Below are positions 58,326 to 64,000 of a DNA stretch of 64,000 nucleotides, piece after piece. Position numbers and translations under genes: made by a program. The stretch's first letter is position 1. The number at the start of each line of letters is the position of its first letter. The notes under the pieces were generated by a model. It was not told where the DNA came from and searched no databases. It saw nothing but the letters and a program-made list of their open reading frames with translations. Origin of the DNA: Candidatus Poribacteria bacterium (lineage in GTDB: Bacteria > Poribacteria > WGA-4E > PCPOR2b); contig OZ240245.1 in NCBI GenBank assembly GCA_965198175.1, positions 928,001-992,000 of the forward strand. Direction: 5' to 3'.

Positions 58326-59753
58326 TTATCCAATTAACCGTCCAATTTCCCAAACGACACATGAAACTGCAAACCCAATGTAAATAAGCGAGACGATAAT
58401 CATAATCACGGTGGATGCGCCTCTCGGCTTGGCAGTCTTCGGCAAGAACCGGTGATTAATATAAAGCGTGAGTGGCACATAGATTGCCATCGCAAATCCA
58501 CCCATGTAGGCTGCGTTAAAGAGAAAGCCGAGTTCACTGACGCCTTTCTGCTCCATCACAAAGGTAATCAAGCAGCCAGCTACGATCCATGTGCCCGCCA
58601 CGAGCAGATACCACCAACTCAACTCGCGTTTCTGTGCCCCTTTGAAATTGGTGTAAACGATGTCGGCAATCGACCGTGACACCCCATCAACCAAGGCGAG
58701 TTGCGTTCCAAAGAGCGTTGCCACGCCGACAAGTAGAAAGATTACTCGCCCCGGACCGCCCCACACTTCACCCAGCACCCGTGCCTCGTCCCAGATGAGG
58801 GTTCCCTTCGCCGGCACGATGCCTGCAGGATGCAAAACAGCGAGTGCACCGACGATGAAGAGCAAGATAGTAACAGTGTTCAACGCCCAAAAGAAAATTA
58901 ACTGATCTTTCCTGATATAGCTCCACCACGCCTTGAACCGATCGCGATTCCTCTCCGTATCCTCGAAGACAAAACCGGTGGACGGAACCGCCTCGGTCCT
59001 GCCCCGAAGCGGATTCTGTAACTCTGGAAGGCGTGCCCCCATGCCGATATTCTTGTCTCGAAGATAAAAGGTGTAGAAGAGGTTCGCTGTACCGCCGGCG
59101 CCAGCAAAAACGATTGCGATGAACATCGCTTTCACCGTCATATTTGGAGCTTTGTAGCCGATATTCAAAATGCCCGCACCCAGCTCCTTATACGTATCCG
59201 CTGAACCGACAGCGATGGCGACTACGATGAGACCCACCGTGACGATGATGACGAGCAACTCAATCGTCCGCTCAACTGAGTGATAAATCATCTTGGGGCC
59301 AAAAAGGAGGAGAGCGACCGTGCCAAAAGTGACCACTGTCCAGAATGTGTCAGTCCCCCAACCTTCCGGGCCAACCAGCAGGGCTTTGAGCGCAAGTCCC
59401 GAAGCCCGCGCCCAGCCGGGCGCAATCCAGCTTAGCACGGTGATAAGGATGAACAGCGGCGCAAACCCACGCCACACCCGGCAGTAGCCGGTATAGACAG
59501 TTTCACCTGTTGCAATTGTCCAGCGTCCTACCTCGAAGTTAATCCATAATTGTAGAAAGACGCCTAATACAGCTGCCCAGACCATACTGCCACCGTACTC
59601 CGCTGCAATCCGCGGCCAAATCACAATCTCACCTGCCCCGATAGAGAGACCGACTAATATTGCCCCTGGTCCAGCAATCTTCCAGAATGGCATTGTTTTC
59701 TCGGGTAGGTCCTCGGTCTTGAAATCAGCAAGCGGCTCGTATATTTTGCTCAT
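58326..59753 (-). CDS. NRAMP-like (APC superfamily) transporter
   Basis: GPGAILVGLSIGAGEIVIWP; ~11 TM helices. Confidence 0.8.
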   Translation of the reverse strand: MSKIYEPLADFKTEDLPEKTMPFWKIAGPGAILVGLSIGAGEIVIWPRIAAEYGGSMVWAAVLGVFLQLWINFEVGRWTIATGETVYTGYCRVWRGFAPLFILITVLSWIAPGWARASGLALKALLVGPEGWGTDTFWTVVTFGTVALLLFGPKMIYHSVERTIELLVIIVTVGLIVVAIAVGSADTYKELGAGILNIGYKAPNMTVKAMFIAIVFAGAGGTANLFYTFYLRDKNIGMGARLPELQNPLRGRTEAVPSTGFVFEDTERNRDRFKAWWSYIRKDQLIFFWALNTVTILLFIVGALAVLHPAGIVPAKGTLIWDEARVLGEVWGGPGRVIFLLVGVATLFGTQLALVDGVSRSIADIVYTNFKGAQKRELSWWYLLVAGTWIVAGCLITFVMEQKGVSELGFLFNAAYMGGFAMAIYVPLTLYINHRFLPKTAKPRGASTVIMIIVSLIYIGFAVSCVVWEIGRLIG

Positions 59754-60274
59754 CCTGATAATCCCTTCTCCCTATCGTTTGACAACTCCCCTTCTGACTC
59801 GCTGCGATGTCAGTGAAAGTCGATTCCTTCTGTTGCTCGTGTTGGAAACAAAATCCATTTTACAGCTTTTTCATTGCCTCGTCAACAGAAATCCTCGTCC
59901 TCTCCATCGCTTTCAATTGACTGCTTAACCCATATATGCTATATTTTGCTGAAATTGGGAACAAACGAGACCAAGACAATCACGGCAGGCTGTGCTACCC
60001 GTGAGTAAGACATTGCTTGCACCCACAATCTGTGGTAAAATCGGGGTTGACGCATTTTCGGTTTCGCTGGTCATACATGCAGATGCGACCTATGCCAATT
60101 GCCCCGGGTAACAGTGGCTTTCTCTTATGTTTAGCAACAAAATGATGTTGAGGAAAGACCCAATACAACGATGGGAGAATACGGTGCCGAATAATCATTC
60201 CGTGCGGACAGGGTTGAAAAGCTAGAAAAGTAGTGAGAGGTTCTCCACGCCTGCAGAACTTCAAAAGGAGACAC

Positions 60275-63200
60275 ATGACCGACGAATTCATTGATATTCG
60301 CGGCGCTCGCGAACATAACTTAAAGAACATCAATCTCAAGCTCCCAAAAGACAAACTCATCATCTTCACCGGTGTCAGTGGCTCAGGCAAGTCATCGTTG
60401 GCGTTCGACACGCTCTACGCCGAAGGGCAACGTCGCTATATCGAATCGCTCTCTGCTTATGCCCGCCAATTTCTCGGTCAACTGGAAAAACCCGAAGTCG
60501 ATTTCATCGGCGGGCTATCCCCATCCATCTCGATCGACCAGAAATCAGCCGGTAACAATCCACGTTCAACCGTCGCAACAATCACAGAGATTTACGACTA
60601 CTTGCGCGTGCTGTTTGCACGTGTGGGTGTGAAGCATTGTCTACAGTGCGGACGCGCTGTGGGCGCCCAAACGACAGAGGCGATTATAAATGGAATTGTG
60701 AACCTACCCGAGCAAACGCGAATCTTGGTACTTGCGCCAATCGTCAGCGGACGAAAAGGGGAATACCGCGAAGATCTCGCCGATGCACTCAAGGCCGGAT
60801 TCGTCCGCGCCCGAATTGATGGAAAGGTTTATGACCTGATGGATGAAATACAGTTAGATCGCAATCAGCGTCACGATATTGAGATTGTGATTGACCGTAT
60901 CGTCATCAAACCCGACATCCGCAGTCGTGTTGCAGAAACTGTTGAAACCGCGCTGCGAATGGGAGAGGGACGCTTAATCGTCAACATCGTTGAAGAGCAG
61001 CCTAACGCCGGCGATCTCCTCTATAGTAAGGATTATACATGCGTTCACTGCAATATCAGTTATGAACCGCCTGCACCGCGTCATTTTTCCTTCAACAGCC
61101 CAGCCGGAATGTGTCCGACCTGCAAAGGTCTGGGCACGAAAACAGAAATCTCTCCCAATTTGGTCGCGCCGGACGTAACTAAATCAATCAGAGAAGGTGC
61201 GGTTGTCTTTTGGGGCGAACTAGAAACCTTAAACACTCAGCACATTACTTCAAGCTTGGCAGCACACTTCGGCTTTAGCCTCGACACCCCTTGGAACGAG
61301 TTGACCAATGCGCAACAGCAAGTTATCCTCTATGGCACGGATGGGGAAAAAATTCCCTTCGTTTACCGCACACGTCGAAAGCGGCGCTACGGGTACGAGA
61401 TGGCGTTTGAGGGTGTAATTCCCATTGAGGAGCGTAAGTATTTTCAGTCCGATTCGGAGTTGCACAAGCGATATCTTTCAAAATTTATGGTCTCTAGGGT
61501 CTGTCCGGATTGCGAAGGGAAACGACTCAAGCTAGAAGTCAAATCAGTGACAATTACTGCAAAATCGATTTTTGATGTGATTGAGATGACGGTCGGGGAT
61601 TGTCTGGAATTCTTCGAAAAGCTCCAACTATCAGAACGCGAAGCCTTCATTGCAACAGATCTGCTGAAAGAAATAAAGGGACGTCTCTGGTTTCTCATGA
61701 ACGTCGGGCTGCATTACCTTACCTTGAATCGCACAGCGCCAACGCTCTCAGGTGGAGAATCGCAGCGGATTCGGTTGGCTAGTCAGATTGGGGCGGGATT
61801 GCGCGGAGTGCTATACGTCCTCGATGAACCAAGTATCGGATTGCATCCGCGCGATAACACCCACCTCCTTGCAACACTGAAGCATCTTCGTGATATGGGA
61901 AATACCGTGATTGTTGTCGAGCATGACGCCGATACAATGTGGGCTGGAGACATGATTGTTGACTTCGGGCCAGGGCCGGGAATTCAGGGCGGGGAAATTG
62001 CAGCGATTGGATCGCCCCACGAAGTCGCTGAACATGCAACCTCACTAACTGCCAAATATCTTCGCGGGGACCAACAGATTGAAATACCCGATAAGCGTCG
62101 AGTTGTTGGGGGCAACTGGCTTGAAATCTGCGGTGCGCGCCATCACAACCTGAAGCATCTTAATGTGCGCATCCCAATTGGAGCTTTTACTTGTGTGACC
62201 GGCGTCAGTGGTTCCGGCAAGAGTTCGCTCATCACCGATATTCTATACAAAGCCCTTGCCCGAGATTTGATGAAGGCACATGAACAGCCGGGGGAATACC
62301 AAGAAATTCGAGCGCTAATTGCTGAGGAGTCACATCAGAACAACGGAAATATGGAAGAAGATGAGCAAGGCGAAAGATGCCAAGAACCAGATAGGCGGGA
62401 AGAGAGTGGGAGTCGAAATGAGATCTTACACACTACACAACATGCAATACGCGGCATACAATTCGTAATCGACAAAATCATCGACATCGATCAGACGCCA
62501 ATTGGACGGACACCGAGATCAAATCCTGCGACCTACACGAAAGTGTTTGATCACATTCGTGCGCTTTACGCTCAAATGACTGAGTCGAATTTGCGTGGCT
62601 ACAAGCAGGGGCGTTTTAGCTTCAATGTTAAGGGTGGACGGTGTGAAGCCTGTGGGGGCAATGGATCACGACGGATTGAGATGCACTTTCTCGCTGATGT
62701 GTGGGTCAGGTGCAACGTCTGCCAGGGGAAACGCTATAATGATGAAACGCTGCAGGTCGAATACCGAGGGAAGAGCATCGCTGATGTCCTCAATATGGAT
62801 GTCCAAGAGGCATTAGAACACTTCGCCAACGTTCCAACAATCTCGAAAATCCTGCAGACCCTCCACGATGTTGGCTTAGATTACATCAAGCTCGGGCAGC
62901 CTGCGCCGACGCTTTCCGGTGGAGAGGCGCAGCGAATCAAGCTCGCACGCGAACTCGCCAAACGGAGTACAGGAAAGACGCTCTATATTCTCGATGAACC
63001 GACAACAGGGTTGCATTTCCATGATGTGAAGAAATTACTGGAAGTATTGCATCAATTGGTAGATGCCGGCAACACCATTGTCGTAATTGAGCATAACCTC
63101 GAGGTGGTCAAAACGGCGGATTATCTCATTGATTTGGGACCTGAAGGTGGCGAGGAAGGAGGCGAGGTCGTGGCATTTGGTACGCCCGAAGAAGTGGGGG

Positions 63201-64000
63201 AGGTGGAAATGTCGTTTACAGGACAAGCGTTGAAACCCATTTTGAATGGAGTAAGTATCGGAGTGATAGAAGAGGGCAATCACTTAATAGCCCAATCCGC
63301 CAATCCGCCAACTTTCCCTTCTTCTAGTCAAATTCATGAATCAGGGGGAATTTACCTGACCGAAAGTGCTAGAATACCCGATAGTCCTCGGTGCATTTCT
63401 GTGCGTGGAGCGCGGGAACATAACCTGAAAAATATTGATGTGGAAATCCCCCACAGGAAGCTCACGACTTTCACCGGCGTAAGCGGTTCTGGAAAATCGT
63501 CGTTGGCGCTAGATACAATTTACGCGGAAGGACAACGCCGATACGTTGAATCCCTCTCAACGTATGCCCGGCAGTTTTTGGGGCAGTTGGATAAGCCGAA
63601 GTTCGAGAAAATTGAGGGGCTTTCACCTGCGATTGCAATCGAACAGAAGTCGCCGAGCAAAAATCCGAGATCGACCGTTGGAACAGTCACGGAGATTTAT
63701 GACTACTTGCGAGTGCTCTACGCGCGGGTCGGGATACCGCATTGTCCTCAATGTGGGAGGGAAGTCGGCGCCCAAACAGTACAACAAATTGTCGATAAGA
63801 TTATGACGTTACCAGCCGGAACACGGCTTTACGTACTGTATCCGTTGAGTTTGCGGAGTAATGAAGATTATCCAGATGCCTTTCGGCGCGTCCAACGTGA
63901 TGGATATGTACGCCTTGAGATCGATGGCGAGATATTCAACATCGATCAGGCGCCGCAGATTGGCAAGAGCATCAAGCACGATGTCAAAATCGTAGTGGAT
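60275..64000 (+). CDS. uvrA: Excinuclease ABC subunit A, tandem-fused double form, 3'-truncated by the window
   Basis: RBS AAGGAG, ATG 60275; [31 protein letters not shown]; a second [24 protein letters not shown] starts in frame at 63395; absent from the ORF track because there is no stop in the window. Confidence 0.95.
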   Translation, partial: MTDEFIDIRGAREHNLKNINLKLPKDKLIIFTGVSGSGKSSLAFDTLYAEGQRRYIESLSAYARQFLGQLEKPEVDFIGGLSPSISIDQKSAGNNPRSTVATITEIYDYLRVLFARVGVKHCLQCGRAVGAQTTEAIINGIVNLPEQTRILVLAPIVSGRKGEYREDLADALKAGFVRARIDGKVYDLMDEIQLDRNQRHDIEIVIDRIVIKPDIRSRVAETVETALRMGEGRLIVNIVEEQPNAGDLLYSKDYTCVHCNISYEPPAPRHFSFNSPAGMCPTCKGLGTKTEISPNLVAPDVTKSIREGAVVFWGELETLNTQHITSSLAAHFGFSLDTPWNELTNAQQQVILYGTDGEKIPFVYRTRRKRRYGYEMAFEGVIPIEERKYFQSDSELHKRYLSKFMVSRVCPDCEGKRLKLEVKSVTITAKSIFDVIEMTVGDCLEFFEKLQLSEREAFIATDLLKEIKGRLWFLMNVGLHYLTLNRTAPTLSGGESQRIRLASQIGAGLRGVLYVLDEPSIGLHPRDNTHLLATLKHLRDMGNTVIVVEHDADTMWAGDMIVDFGPGPGIQGGEIAAIGSPHEVAEHATSLTAKYLRGDQQIEIPDKRRVVGGNWLEICGARHHNLKHLNVRIPIGAFTCVTGVSGSGKSSLITDILYKALARDLMKAHEQPGEYQEIRALIAEESHQNNGNMEEDEQGERCQEPDRREESGSRNEILHTTQHAIRGIQFVIDKIIDIDQTPIGRTPRSNPATYTKVFDHIRALYAQMTESNLRGYKQGRFSFNVKGGRCEACGGNGSRRIEMHFLADVWVRCNVCQGKRYNDETLQVEYRGKSIADVLNMDVQEALEHFANVPTISKILQTLHDVGLDYIKLGQPAPTLSGGEAQRIKLARELAKRSTGKTLYILDEPTTGLHFHDVKKLLEVLHQLVDAGNTIVVIEHNLEVVKTADYLIDLGPEGGEEGGEVVAFGTPEEVGEVEMSFTGQALKPILNGVSIGVIEEGNHLIAQSANPPTFPSSSQIHESGGIYLTESARIPDSPRCISVRGAREHNLKNIDVEIPHRKLTTFTGVSGSGKSSLALDTIYAEGQRRYVESLSTYARQFLGQLDKPKFEKIEGLSPAIAIEQKSPSKNPRSTVGTVTEIYDYLRVLYARVGIPHCPQCGREVGAQTVQQIVDKIMTLPAGTRLYVLYPLSLRSNEDYPDAFRRVQRDGYVRLEIDGEIFNIDQAPQIGKSIKHDVKIVVD

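Noticed and set aside
60222..60250. GCTAGA upstream of uvrA as an array-sigma target promoter
   Set aside because: No (T/C)GT(T/C) -10 element at 16-17 nt spacing.
59995..63806. Small ORF-track calls across the uvrA region
   Set aside because: They are alternative-frame artefacts overlapping the long uvrA frame.

Overview
A 64-kb bacterial chromosomal window of about 50% GC (judged by eye). The gene mix (PhyH dioxygenases, a WD40-metalloprotease fusion, membrane-tethered ECF sigma factors, a fused double UvrA and many short dispersed repeats) suggests Candidatus Poribacteria or a similar lineage; this is inference only. Housekeeping genes are purC (partial), rarA, rseP, a PGI/PMI, udg, mtaB, rpsT and uvrA (running off the right end). 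The main feature is a ~15-kb tandem array (14.7-29.4 kb) of six one-component ECF sigma factors with the architecture sigma2/sigma4 - TM helix - acidic linker - hypervariable extracytoplasmic domain. Each has its own ECF-type promoter and a shared terminator. Promoter bases at three positions co-vary with three sigma specificity regions in a mosaic, combinatorial pattern. Every copy also has an internal Shine-Dalgarno plus in-frame ATG downstream of sigma4. Other notable items: a CRISPR-like repeat-spacer unit inserted in frame in the signal peptide of an M28 peptidase, a TIGR04255-like three-gene module ending in an ADP-ribosyltransferase-like ORF, an ALDH/ADH/beta-propeller/radical-SAM cluster, an atypical transaldolase, several pseudogenes and several dispersed repeat families. 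No rRNA, tRNA or cas genes were recognised. All alignments were done by eye; no searches were run.
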